Below, piece by piece: positions 1-11,502 of a stretch of 31,167 nt of DNA (position 1 is its first letter; each line of letters starts with the position of its first letter). The stretch spans positions 1 to 31,167 of the forward strand of contig NW_021832895.1 of NCBI RefSeq assembly GCF_006345805.1, in the 5' to 3' direction. Position numbers and translations under genes: made by a program. The stretch comes from Octopus sinensis (lineage: Eukaryota). The notes below the pieces were generated by a model. That model was not told the origin of the DNA. It did not search any database and saw only the letters and a list, made by a program, of their open reading frames with translations.

Positions 1-335
1 AAACAACCACCACCGCTATTACTACCCCTACTACCATCACTATCACCAGTACCATCATCAGAGTAATCAACATCACCTCCTCCACTATCAACAGCAACAA
101 CAACAACTACCACGACATTATGAACAACGACACCAGCCCTGTTGTAAATATTACCAGCTCCTTCACTGTCGCGAAAATCATTGTTAAACCTTTACCACCC
201 GAATACCTTATCCCACCCGCTCTAACCATAGCATTAACTGTATGCGCCGCTCCGTCACCACCACCACCACCATTATTATCGGCAATATCCTCAGAACATA
301 ATCCCCACCACCAGCACATTCACCATCTCAGACGT
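1..335. repeat. Cryptic (CAC/ACC/AAC)-type trinucleotide low-complexity tract
   Basis: Dense accaccacc/caacaac/catcac motifs. The short ORFs here are Pro/Thr/Gly-rich by-products of the repeat. Confidence 0.8.
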
Positions 336-780
336 GACTAGTCTTTCGTGCTCGTCCCAGCTACAGGAAACAGCAGTCAAATATACTTCAAATCACCATT
401 CACAGTCTTGTAAAAGAAGACCCTGTTTTTGCAATTTTATCTTGAGTATCCTCTGAATGCCAGAAAGATAACACGTTAACGGCTACAACATATTCGATCT
501 TCAGTCTGCTTCATTAAAGCTGAACTGAAGTTAAACAACACGAACGAAGAATTAATCTTTGTCTGGTCGCTCGTCCTGTAAGAAATAAAAGATATATATC
601 CTTAGATAATGTCTCACCCTGATAAGAGAAGGAAAGATACATTGCACAATTCCCAGATGATCACAGCTCGAACACATTTAATCGTTGTATCAGCTCCGTC
701 AGACAGGACCGGAATTAAGCAACAAGTCACTGAGTCCACCATTACAACTTACACTCCCGTAACCAACACCATTACCAATA

Positions 781-1026
781 CCTATCTCTTTACTACTCAC
801 AAGGGGCTAAACACAAGGGGCTAAACAAGGGGACAAACAAGGACCGACAAACGGATTAAGTCGATTATATCAACCCCAGTGCGTAACTGGTACTTAATTT
901 ATCGACCCCGAAAGGATGAAAGGCAAAGTCGACCTCGGCGGAATTTGAACTCAGAACGTAACGGCAGACGAAATACGGCTACGCATTTCGCCCAGCATAC
1001 TAACGTTTCTACAAGCTCGCCGCCTT
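781..1026 (-). mobile_element. tRNA-derived SINE, family A, young-type tail
   Basis: Minus strand reads AAGGCGGCGAGCTTGTAGAAACGTTAG (A-box-like), then GAGTTCAAATTCC (B-box), GCCTTTCATCCTTTCGGGGTCGATAAATTAAGTACCAG and the tail. Close to the copies at 3291 and 13252; the tail has a short internal duplication (cacaaggggctaaa x2). Confidence 0.9.
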
Positions 1027-1369
1027 TGACACCATTACCAATACCAACACCAGTATCCACCATCAACCACACCACCAAGCAAAACACCAACAGTAATAAC
1101 AATGCGATGATCAAGTTGATAGCTCGAAATCGTTGAAATAACATCCAAAATTTTCCACAACCATTTCTGCTTCTGCCATCTTCAATATGAAAATACATCA
1201 GAATACTTTTGATCATAGATCTGATCTTTCAAGTTTGACTTGGGGGTAACAATAACTTTATTATCAGTAATGCCAGTAGCATTAATACTCTTACCATCTC
1301 TGTTAATGCGGCCGCCCCTAGCACAATATACCTGATGTATGACAAGAAGTGAAGGTTGCCGTAGATCAG

Positions 1370-2400
1370 CTAAGGATCACATACCTCTCTGCAGCTGACA
1401 GTATTAATGATAAGCATTAACATTTTAGGGAGTACCTTGGCCATAATCTTAAACTCCGTATTAAGCAGAATTATGGAACGAAAACTATCATTGATATTCT
1501 TCGACCTTGTTCACGTCATTTTTTAGTAGCGGGACGATTCTTCAGCACATTCAATCGAGAATATTTGCAATCTTCTGCCAGCTAGAATAGACAAAGCTAA
1601 GATTGCAACAAAGAATTGTGACATATATTTAAAGTGGATAAGGTCATCGAAACATGGTGATTTTCTCCTTTTATAACAACTCACTGTGTTTTGTATTTCC
1701 AACTACTCTAATTAGTTTTTGCAGTATTCCACTTCTCTTGGTATGTTACGTCCGACAGTCGAGATACTCATTCAAATCTAGAATTTTTGGCTCAGCTCTG
1801 CTGTCTTCTCAAACGTTGGGGCCAGTGATACTCAGAAGTGGGATTTAGTTGCTTCACTTCCTCAGGCCTTTTCAATAAGAATCCATCGAACTACTTTTAC
1901 TCCCTGGTGCCTGAAAGTACTCAGAAACATCAGCTTTGTAGTCGTGCTGAATTCTTCAGCACGCTCAAATTCCAGTCTATTATTATCTATCATTGATATG
2001 TTTAACTTATACAGACGTTTCTGCTATTAACCACTTCCTTCACAGAGACCCACCACTGGTTGGCGATCTACTCCACCAATTCTCGCCTAACCAACTCGTG
2101 AATCTGGCTCATGGATTCCCTCCGCGATCAGTTTACAGTGGGTTTTTTGTAGCCAACAAATCGAAACTCTGGACACTGTACGCAGTCACTATCCGGTGAT
2201 CTAAAGAAAGCAAAAATAGTCGATTAGGCATGTGGGAATGAGGCGTACAACTTGTACTCATTGTAAAGTTATTCCTATCTTTCGGCAACCAATTAAAAGT
2301 TAGAGGCAATAATATTTTTGAAAGATAAGTATCTTGGTTGGTCAAAGTCATAACGCAATATCGAATTCCAAATGCGAACGCCCGATCTTTCGGTATCATG
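1370..2400 (-). mobile_element. Old, internally deleted L1/Tx1-type LINE ORF2 fragment (end of endonuclease, linker, start of RT)
   Basis: My translation of the minus strand of ~1421-1490 gives DSFRSIILLNTEFKIMAKVLPKM, matching FRPITMLNTEMKILAKVL in the copy at ~8.4 kb. ~2050-2200 gives CPEFRFVGY and SMSQIHELVRREL, matching CPQFHYVSY and YRSRIRELILRAL. Many stops and frameshifts; not visible in the ORF track. Confidence 0.75.
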
Positions 2401-3073
2401 TTGATTTATTTGTTTCCCATCCTCTGAAAAATAATACAAAATATCAAAATTATTTGAGTAGATATGCAAGAATTTAACACACCCCTCACTCAACTGACAT
2501 CTCTACATAATCCAACGCTATAGACCTAGAATGTTAGCTCAATGGTCGCTAAGCATTTATATGTAACCAAACGTACTCAGAAATAGTAAAACGAAGAATC
2601 CAAGCTGTCACAATATTAAATGTAACTAGCAGTATTACGACAGTTTGTGCAGACGGGTTTCTAGCATCTTTGAACATTTGACATTTGTTTACACATCAGC
2701 TGTACATAAACAACATCCACATGTTGTAACAGTCAACATCTTCAATTACATCATCGCTATTAATCCAAACACTTATATTTACTTTTCTCGGACATTTGAA
2801 AATTGTTTGTCTTTTTTTCCTTTTACTTTTGTGGAGAACGGTTAATACTTCGGCAATTGATGCTAAATAACAGACAAATCAATAGACCCTTGTGGTGTCA
2901 AAGAGCAAAGCAGGTCTTCATAAAAATGGAACTCAAACCATATTTGAATGTAACAAAATATCAGACTGCGTCAATTTTGACGCTTAAGCTCTTTTCTCGC
3001 TTAATTTGCCGATTTTAATATTGGTCTAATTAACATAGTCATTAGATTGATACTTGTTTCGACATTGTGCAAT

Positions 3074-3154
3074 GAGTTAAAACACTACCGAGATCAGTTT
3101 TGCTTTCCGTCCTTACGGGCTTGATAAATAAAATACCAGTCCAGGACTAGAGTC
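3074..3154 (+). mobile_element. Old SINE family A body fragment
   Basis: gagttaaaacactaccgagatcagttttgctttccgtccttacgggcttgataaataaaataccagt aligns by eye to the B-box and body of family A in plus orientation; heavily diverged. Confidence 0.55.
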
Positions 3155-3207
3155 TGTTCTCTCTCCTGGCATAAAACGGACACATTTCCTTACGAGCAAT
3201 GGAGGGA

Positions 3208-3290
3208 CTTATTTCATCGACCTGTAAGAATGAATGGCAAACTCGACCTCGGCGGAAATTGAACTCAGACTGTAGCGGCAAATGAAATAC
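3208..3290 (-). mobile_element. Old SINE family A body fragment, truncated at gaaatac
   Basis: atttcatcgacc...ggcaaactcgacctcggcggaaattgaactcaga...gaaatac, joined directly to the tail of the next copy. Confidence 0.75.
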
Positions 3291-3524
3291 CTATTTCTTT
3301 ATTACCCACAAGGGGCTAAACATAGAGAGGACAAACAAGGACAGACAAACGGATTAAGTCAATTACATCGAACCCAGAGCGTGACTGGTACTTCATTTAT
3401 CGACCCCGAAAGGATAAAAGGCAAAGTCGACCTGGGCGGAATTTTAACTCAGAACGTAACGGCAGACGAAATACCGCTAAGCATTTCGCCCGGCGTGCTA
3501 ACGTTTCTGCCAGCTCACCGCCTT
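3291..3524 (-). mobile_element. tRNA-derived SINE, family A, young-type tail
   Basis: Full tail-body-head match to 781-1026 and 13252-13485. Confidence 0.9.
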
Positions 3525-3534
3525 TCACATAGAA

Positions 3535-3665
3535 ATAACAACAATAACAACAACAACAACACCAACAACATTATTATTATTATTATTATCATTAATAATA
3601 ATAATAATGATAATAATAATAATAATGATGATGATGATGAAATAATAATAATAATGATAATATAA

Positions 3666-3737
<72 letters not shown>

Positions 3738-3782
3738 ATAATAATAATAATAACAATGATGATGATGATGATGATGATAATA

Positions 3783-3830
<48 letters not shown>

Positions 3831-3851
3831 TAATAATGATAATAATAATAA
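3535..3851. repeat. Compound (AAC)/(ATT)/(AAT)/(GAT) microsatellite
   Basis: Direct reading. An (ATT)n run switches to (AAT)n at ~3593. Confidence 0.95.
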
Positions 3852-4051
3852 TCATTTCTACTGGAAGCACAAGACCTCAAATTTGGGGAGAGGAATTAAG
3901 TCGACGCCAGTGTTTCACTGGTACTTAATTTATCGTATCCGAAAAGATAAAAGGCAAAGTCGACCTCAGCGGAACTCCGAACGTAGCGACGGGCGAAATA
4001 CCGCTAAGCATTTCGTCCAGTGCGCTAACGATTCTGCCAGCTTACCGCCTT
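3852..4051 (-). mobile_element. SINE family A with alternative tail (tttctactggaagcacaagacc...)
   Basis: Same body and head as family A with small deletions; tail resembles those at 13084 and 19977. Confidence 0.85.
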
Positions 4052-4060
4052 TCACACAGA

Positions 4061-4076
4061 AATAATAATAATAATA

Positions 4077-4109
<33 letters not shown>

Positions 4110-4200
4110 GTGAGGAGGAGGAGGAGGAGAAGAAGAAGAAGAAGAAGAAGAAGAAGAAGAAGAAGAAGAAGAAGAAGAAGAAGAAGAAGAAGAAGAAGAT
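4061..4200. repeat. Compound microsatellite (AAT)n-(GAT)n-(GAG)n-(GAA)n
   Basis: Direct reading; includes a pure purine tract of roughly 85 bp. Confidence 0.95.
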
Positions 4201-4214
4201 AACCATATAATCTT

Positions 4215-4350
4215 GCTTTTTCTTCCGACCCCGGAAGAATTAATGATAAAGTAGACTTTTATGGTGGAATATCATTTCAAAACTGAGAAGTCTGCAAAAA
4301 AAGACAGCAAAAGAATCTACTCAGGTCATCTACCAATTAAACACCGCCTC
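4215..4350 (-). mobile_element. Highly diverged SINE remnant
   Basis: gaccccggaagaattaatgataaagtagac resembles family A gaccccgaaaggatgaaaggcaaagtcgac. A tRNA-like head (minus ggcggtgtttaattggtag) lies at ~4330-4350. Confidence 0.4.
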
Positions 4351-4814
4351 CAATAACGCTTCGCAAGAATAATTATTAAAATGAAAATAGGAAAACAAAA
4401 AAATACCATTATAATGTTGAGAATCACATTTTACATTCTCATTTCAAATCTTTTGGCGACCGATATTAGTTTTTCATATTAGTGGTGTAGCGACAAAATA
4501 AGTAGTTTTCATGTATTAGAGGTCGATTCGATCGATCAATAGCCATTCATACAAGTTTGTCTGCTTTGTGTCAACGAGGGAAACCAATGTTATAACCGTT
4601 GCAGTGATCTGTTATTAGATATGTGTAGAATTGAAGTGGGCGTGGTTATGGAGAAAATAGATAAACAGATAAATAAGAAAATGGGAAGAGCTTGTATTTT
4701 TGTACAGAAAACGAAAATTGAAACTGCTTTCTGCCCAAACCTTCAATAACTCTACACACTTTAGAACTGTATGATATATTCAACATATACTCTTAGAACA
4801 TTATTACTACTAAT

Positions 4815-4846
<32 letters not shown>
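4815..4846. repeat. (CA)n microsatellite
   Basis: Direct reading. Confidence 0.95.
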
Positions 4847-4849
<3 letters not shown>

Positions 4850-5027
4850 CAGTTGGGGGATTTGGAGTTTGTATTAAAACCCTGTTTAAAGCTCCCTTCA
4901 GATTTGCTCATTTATGTCAGGCAACCCATAACTTTTTCCTAGCCAAAAGGCTTTTACCCTATATTTACACGCTGCTATTTGTAGCTTTGTGCACTTCGAG
5001 ATTCCCTGTTTCTATTCATATACATTC

Positions 5028-5048
5028 GTGTGTGTGTATATATATATG

Positions 5049-5131
<83 letters not shown>

Positions 5132-5163
5132 TTATATATATATATATATATATATATAACATA

Positions 5164-5218
<55 letters not shown>

Positions 5219-5225
5219 TATATAC
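5028..5225. repeat. (TA)n microsatellite
   Basis: About 190 bp of near-pure TA. Confidence 0.97.
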
Positions 5226-5429
5226 AAACGACGTAATGAAGTCCTCACTTAATATCTGAAAGAAAGAATCTGATCTCTAAAATACACCATTTTATTGGTT
5301 GGTCTAATATCACAGAATATCTTCTTACTGACTACACGTGCTATAATATTGGGTCACTTAGAAACACTCAGAATTAAAAAATAAATAAATATGAGACGTT
5401 GCCATTTGTATAAACATGTGCAGACTCAT

Positions 5430-5700
5430 ACATACAAACACGTGTGTGTGTGAGTGTATATATATATATATGTGTGTGTGCGTGTGTGTGTGCGTGTGTT
5501 TATGTGTGTGTATGTGTGTGTGTATGTGTGTGTGTATGTATACATATACAAATGTATATATATTTATATGTGTGTATATGTACAAGTATGTATGTATATA
5601 TATATCCATATGTGTCTGTGTATATACGTATATGTATGCCTGTATATATCCATGTCGGTGTGTGCATTTTTGCGTGTGTTAGTGAGAGTGTTTGTATGGG
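5430..5700. repeat. Degenerate (TG)/(TA)/(TATG) simple repeat
   Basis: Direct reading. Confidence 0.9.
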
Positions 5701-6309
5701 TGAGTACGGCACGACAGTGCAATTGACTTTGTAAGATAAATAATGATAGAACTCCGACAAAGTAGTGGCTTGTTATATTATGAGTGCAGCAACCTACTCC
5801 ATCTGAAGTGCTTCTAAATATCAGGAGAATATGCAGTAATGGAACCATGTAGCAATACAAGTTTTGTAGGTAATGATGCTCTATCTCTGTCTCTGTCTCT
5901 CTGTCTCTATCTCTCTCTCAGATTTTTCAGGGTAAGAGACGATGTTCATACCATTCAAAACAAGACTTGAATGGTAGCCATCTTGTTAAAATATAATGAA
6001 TTACAAGGTTAAAACAACAATTTCTATGCATTTAAAAAATATTAAAACCTCTGAATCATTGCAGCTGGAAGAATATAGGCAATAATATCATACCAATTTC
6101 GATATAGTGTGGGTCTTCCTAGCTCTAAATCCTTCAAGGAGTTTGGTGGTGACTCTTAATGTTCTATATTCAAATCTTGCCCATGTCAAATTTACTTTCC
6201 GGTGGAGCGGCCTATGAAATACTGACAAAATCCGAGGCTCTTATATGTTTTTTACAACTCACTATTTTATTCTGGCCTATGAGTGAGAAGATGCCAACGA
6301 AAGAGCCTT

Positions 6310-6535
6310 TTGTGGTTGTTATTGCTGCTGCTGTTTAACCCGAAATAGATCCTGATCGGTAATTTCCATGATTAAAGGTATACCAACCGCACCATCCACC
6401 CTTTTTTTCCAGACAGTATTTCGGAGGCTAAGTTATCTAATGTATTCTTCCTTTATTTAATCAGTAGCATGTGATTTAAGTTAAATTTGGTTGTTATTTC
6501 TTCCATATCGAGCAACCACATACGGATTACCATGT
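6310..6535. repeat. Probable old interspersed repeat copy
   Basis: Motifs gtttaacccg...cctgatcg...atgattaaagg...atttggttgttatttc...cgagcaacca resemble a repeat I recall as common in Octopus DNA. Not verifiable within the window. Confidence 0.35.
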
Positions 6536-6673
6536 CACTATATTTATTAGAAAAAAAGCGACAAGATCTCTTTTAAATTCCATTTCGTCCTTTTAGAAAA
6601 GGAGAGACACACTGGATAACTATGAAAATCGATTAAACATTTTGATAATAAAATCGGAGGCGATACAATAGAA

Positions 6674-9600
6674 TTAACAAACAATGTAGTGGGGTACGGG
6701 TTGTGCTTTCGGACACTCATAAACGGAGACATTCACTCCCACCAATCTCGCTACACTCTTCCATCTTTTCTTGAATATGTCTGGCGACAGGCACTCCTTC
6801 TCCAGCCTTATCTTCCTTTTCAGGTGAAAGGATAGGAACCTCACCAATCCAAGGCTGGAAATGAAAGTGCCTGTCACGATACCTTTTGCACGATCTTCCA
6901 CACGACCTCTTTCGCAATAGCTACTACAGTGAGAAGACAAGCCTTACCTTCTTTGTCAAAGGAGGAAGAGAAACAATTTTTATGATCGACTCGGAAGACA
7001 GCTGTACTCTTCCCAGTCGTGACAGCAGATGTTATACGTAAACCCATATTTCAGTAATTTTTAGGCATTACACAATCGCGTGCAGAACGGTTTCCCTGTC
7101 CTGCTTGCATCTTGGGCAAAATGGTGAGCAGAAGCCACCAGGTCTTGCGAGTTTATCGCGAACTGGTAACGCACCTCGGAAGCATTGCCAGGTCAGAGAT
7201 CTCTGGAAGTTATCAAAAGACCCTGGGGCGAATGTTCTTCGGAACAGGCTGGTTAAGTGATTTTCGTCGAATCACCAAGCCGTCGTCATTCTTCCCCTCT
7301 GCCAACCTTCTATAGAAGAACGACGTAGAACCCCCGCTGCTGGCATTGCTCGTGCGAGAGAATACACAGAGTGCCTGTCGGCACCCCAAGTGACAATCGC
7401 CGTACTTTGGTCTATGTTGGATCAATGGTTCTAGCTCACTAAAGCTAGTGAACCTAGGAAGCAGCCATCTGATGAACGGAGACCACACCTGTTCACCATC
7501 CAGGTAGCACCACAGACGCCTGATCCTCAGCGCTAACTTGTGCATCAACAGCCAAGGCATCCCTTGCTCACCCTTTAGCGGGTGTTGGCAGCAGACAGAG
7601 CGCTTCAAAAGCGGACCTCTACTCTTCCACGAAAAGTGGAAAAGGAGCTGTTCCAACTTGTTCAGCACGATGGCTAGGCTGCAGGTAATCACAGAAGCGA
7701 TCTCCGCCCTCCCTTTCAAGGATATCACCGCTCAGATCTGAGTTAGGCAAGTAGCTCGCTACCTCACCCCAATTCTTCTCTATCTCGAGATCTGGTCCAA
7801 ACCAAACCCCTAGTATTTTAACTGGCCCTTCCGTCCAGCGACTTACGACGCTGTTGGAAGACATTGACTTGCCTCTCCAGGTGCCGAGTTGCAAGCCGAC
7901 TGATTTTTCACGGTTAATCTTTGCTCCTGTCACCGTCTCGTATTCCTTGATGGCTTCACCCACAATGTGTAAGTGATTCACCTCGCGCATGATGATGGTG
8001 ATGTCATCTGCAAACACCGTGACCGCACTCCTATAACCTAGATCGCATGGGACGCCCTCCGGTCTCTCCCACCTACGCAGCAAAGGGTCAAGAGCCAATA
8101 CGTACAGAAGGGGAAAAAGGGCACATCCTTGATGAACTGCCACTTGATGCTGAACGGCTTCGAAAAGAAACTGTTCACCCGAACGACCCTATCGAATGCT
8201 TTAGACTGGTCTAAATGTGCTAGTGCCTCACCCTTGCCAGTAGCCCTACTAACGACCCTCTCTAAGGTGTAGCGTATAAGGTGGAGATTGTCATGTATGG
8301 ATATGCCGGGAACGGCACACATTTGTGCCTCCCCGGCGAGTCCATCCACGACACGCGCCAACCTTTTTGCTAACACCTTGGCCAGAATCTTCATCTCTGT
8401 GTTTAGCATAGTGATGGGTCTAAAATTGTCAACACCATCTCCCTCGCTTGGGTCCTTTCTAAGCACAGTCATCACTCCCCGGTTCACAGATTTGGGAATA
8501 AACCGTTCGGCTTCCTGTTCGAAAAGACGCAAGCCAGCAAGTGCCCAAACAAGTCTGGAATACTAGGGTAAAGTTCGTAGGGAAGACCATCTAGACCCGG
8601 CGATTTATCTCCACCACAGTCCGCCAGAAACTCCTCAACATCCGCAGCTGTAATCGGACCTTCAAGGCACTCCGCATCACACCCCGAGAGACGCGGCAAA
8701 CCGGCGAGGAAGTTCGTGAGGTCCCTCCTACACTCTGCCACCCCCCACGAAAAGCCGAGCGAAATGCTCCTGAAAGACCTTGCATACTTCCTCGAGTTCG
8801 TTTATCATGTTCCCTTAATCATTCGCCAAAGACCTTATAGAAGTTTTGTTGCTACGTTGAACCTCTACAACAAGGGTCCATCCAGCGGCTTTGATTCCTT
8901 CCTGTCCAACTGCACGTTGCTTAGCCCTGATTACGCACTCCTCGTATTTGGCCTTGAGGTGTTGATTCAGAATCAATCTCGCAGCCAGATCTCACTGCTT
9001 CTTCTAAGTACTTAACTAAAGCCCTTTCTGTTCTTTCTTAGCAAATAATTTTGTACTAAACCTAACGGACTCAAATTTAATGGATCTTCTGAGGGCATAC
9101 CACCATTTGTTGTTCAGAAAGGTGCCACACAATGCCCTCAAAATTAACTCCCTAATACGACTCCTATACTCCTCATGAGTCAAACGGAACTTGTTGAGTT
9201 TCCAGTAGGCAGTTCTCTGTCTATACGTCCCATCTACATCAAGCTTACAGGTCACAAATTTGTGATCACTGTAGCTGACATAGTGGAATTGTGGACAGCT
9301 AACTAGGTTTTTATCAAATTCCTTAATTAGAATTCTGTCTAGATAATATGCTATTCATCCATGTCTACTATGGAGCGTTTGGGTCGTTAAGTCTACACCT
9401 ATCTGCTAGCTGAATACGGCTAAACAGAGTTAAGAAACACTTATCAGAGGCAACGCAATCCACGCGTGCATTGCAGATTGCGAAAAAATTTCCCCTATCA
9501 TAATATTAAAATGAGATGAACCAAGAAATTTCTCAATGCTTCGAAAAAAATCGGTTTTACCTACCCCTTTCGCAGGGGCGTACACACATACCAACCTGAA

Positions 9601-9916
9601 AAACTTACCGCTGTACGCAACATCCACGACGACCAGCCTGCCCTCCGGATCGATAGAAATCGTTGTTACCTCAACGCCCAGGCTTTCCCTGAATAACACA
9701 GCTACACCTCCCCACCCACTCCAGGTGAGCATAGAGAAATAATTTTCTCGCGTAGCCATTTAGGAGGGGCGAGATATCCCTCTGACTGCTCAACCTGGAC
9801 TCTGTAGCGACTATAACATCCAAGCGATGCAACCTGGGGTCAAGTAGGAAATGGGCCTGCTTCCAAATCGACATCATGCAACGTACATTTATGTATCCTA
9901 TATTAAGAGTGTCCAT
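6674..9916 (-). pseudogene. LINE ORF2 (APE endonuclease, reverse transcriptase, zf-RVT), frameshifted
   Basis: Motifs MDTLNIGYINVR, DVIVATESRL, VYAP, YLDRIL...SDHK, WKLN, KSPGLDGLPYE, FRPITMLNTEMKILAKVL, LDQSKAFDRV, QGCALFPLLY, VFADD, LGVWFG and CPRCKQDRETVLHAIV*C, spread across several frames with stops. Confidence 0.92.
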
Positions 9917-9949
9917 TGGAAAGAAATTTACATACTCACCCCTCCTGTT

Positions 9950-11268
9950 CTTCCTCTGAGGCTTGCCGCCCTCATAGATTTGTGAAGAAAAGTCCTTCCT
10001 CAAGGGCCTTATATTCTTTTTTAAAGAATATATAATTGGTTCTTGTTATTGCGAATATAAGAATGTCTTTGGGTATCCTTTTCTCAAATTTTTGAATGAT
10101 GGTAAGTATGTCCTCCATATCTCTTAGTTTCTGCAGTAGTTTATGATTACTTGCGGTCACTGACGTATAGCTTATGTCTGCATGGGATGGGTAGGACTTG
10201 GTCTGGGCATTTGTTTCTGGTTCTGTTTGTATTTTTTCTCTTTTGTATTTTTTTTTTTTGCTGTAGGACTATTGGGGAGGGACAGGTTTTTTTTCTTTTT
10301 CTCCTTTTTTCCGATTTTCCCACCCACTTATTGTTCTATGTCCTTCTCACTCTCTGTTTAGGACTCTGGTATTTCGCTTTCCTCCTCCTTTGAATTTTCT
10401 GTTTCTTTTTCAGGTGGGGTTTCCTTTTCGGGAGGGGGTTTGTACTCCGATCTTAAGTGGCCTGTTTGGCCACATTTGAAGCATCAGAGCTTCCTCCCCT
10501 CGACCATCGCACGTAGCTTCACTTCCACCCACCTGAATTACATCAATAATACCTTCTAAATTTGCAGGGGAAGTCTGAATCAATGGTTCAAATCTTTGCC
10601 CCTGCCAATGTTGCGATTCGGTAGCTTGTGCCTGGAGGATTGCAATTTTATCCCCCAGACCTGTAGTGATTGTCGCCACAAGCCAAACAGGGTCTACCTC
10701 AGGTGGTATGTCTCCCACCCAGATCTTGGAAGTACGTCTTCCGAGATACGTGGGCAGGAGCAAGACTTCTGCCGTTTTTAACGGACTGGTGGACGCCTGC
10801 TTGGCTCTCTCTCCTCTAATCGAAAGCGTACTTCAATTGTTGCGAATCTTTGTCCTCGTGTTACGAACTCTATATCTTCCCATACGGGTCGCAAGCAGCG
10901 TCCCATTACGTCTTTGGCTGCTATGTCTAGTTTTTAAAATTTGGTTACAAAAGTTTTGTAGATTATTGTGCTGCGTTGCGCCTTGTGGACGATTTCACTA
11001 CTTTAACTTCGTTCCACTTCCTTTATATCATTCCTTTGAATTTCGCCAAGTCTTTCCATATGAGATATTCCTTTTTTTTAATACCTGTACCTTGTGCAAA
11101 ATTTTTACCTTGAAAAAGTTCTGCCACAGGCACGCTCCTGATTTCCACAGATAAAACTGTTTTGGTTGTACTTGGTCCGTAATTTCTAATGGTGCTTGAA
11201 CTTTTAGTGGTTGTGGCTTCCTGTCGATTTTTAATTAGTGATTTATCCATTATTTTTTGTTTGTACAA
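9950..11268 (-). pseudogene. LINE ORF1 (gag-like, CCHC zinc knuckle), frameshifted
   Basis: Minus 10483-10442 translates CFKCGQTGHLRSEY (CX2CX4HX4C with the last Cys changed to Tyr). LLPTYLGRRTSKIWV parallels MYPS*MGRRTIKLRV in copy 2. A Lys-rich linker follows the knuckle. Confidence 0.75.
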
Positions 11269-11502
11269 ATAATTAATTTAAAGAAATAATTAATTTAAAG
11301 AAATAATTTTTTTCCACAGTGGATTTTCCCCACAAGAAAGACAACAACGCAATACAAGTCTGCCTTTGGCAAATAATGTTTTTCGAAACAAAACAATGCA
11401 AACAATTTATCAACAGTTCAAGAAGCACAATAGCAAGAACACAATAGCAATAATCACCAACCTTGAAAAAAACCCGGTACTGACGCGTCAGCACTCAAGA
11501 CT

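Noticed and set aside
340-760. Possible interspersed repeat or decayed ribozyme-like motif
   Set aside because: Only short motif similarities to other repeat tails; cannot be delimited or folded from this window alone.
2968-2983. Short inverted repeat gcgtcaa-tt-ttgacgc
   Set aside because: Isolated 7-bp arms with no associated element ends; expected by chance at this scale.
3515-3880. Long poly-Ile/Tyr/Leu ORFs (3282-3665, 3515-3880, 3592-3870)
   Set aside because: Translations of (AAT)/(ATT) microsatellites; not evidence of coding.
4771-5860. Cluster of ORFs rich in YI, CV and HT dipeptides (similar clusters at 24.6-25.3 kb and 26.9-27.3 kb)
   Set aside because: Stop-free by construction from (TA)n, (TG)n and (CA)n repeats.
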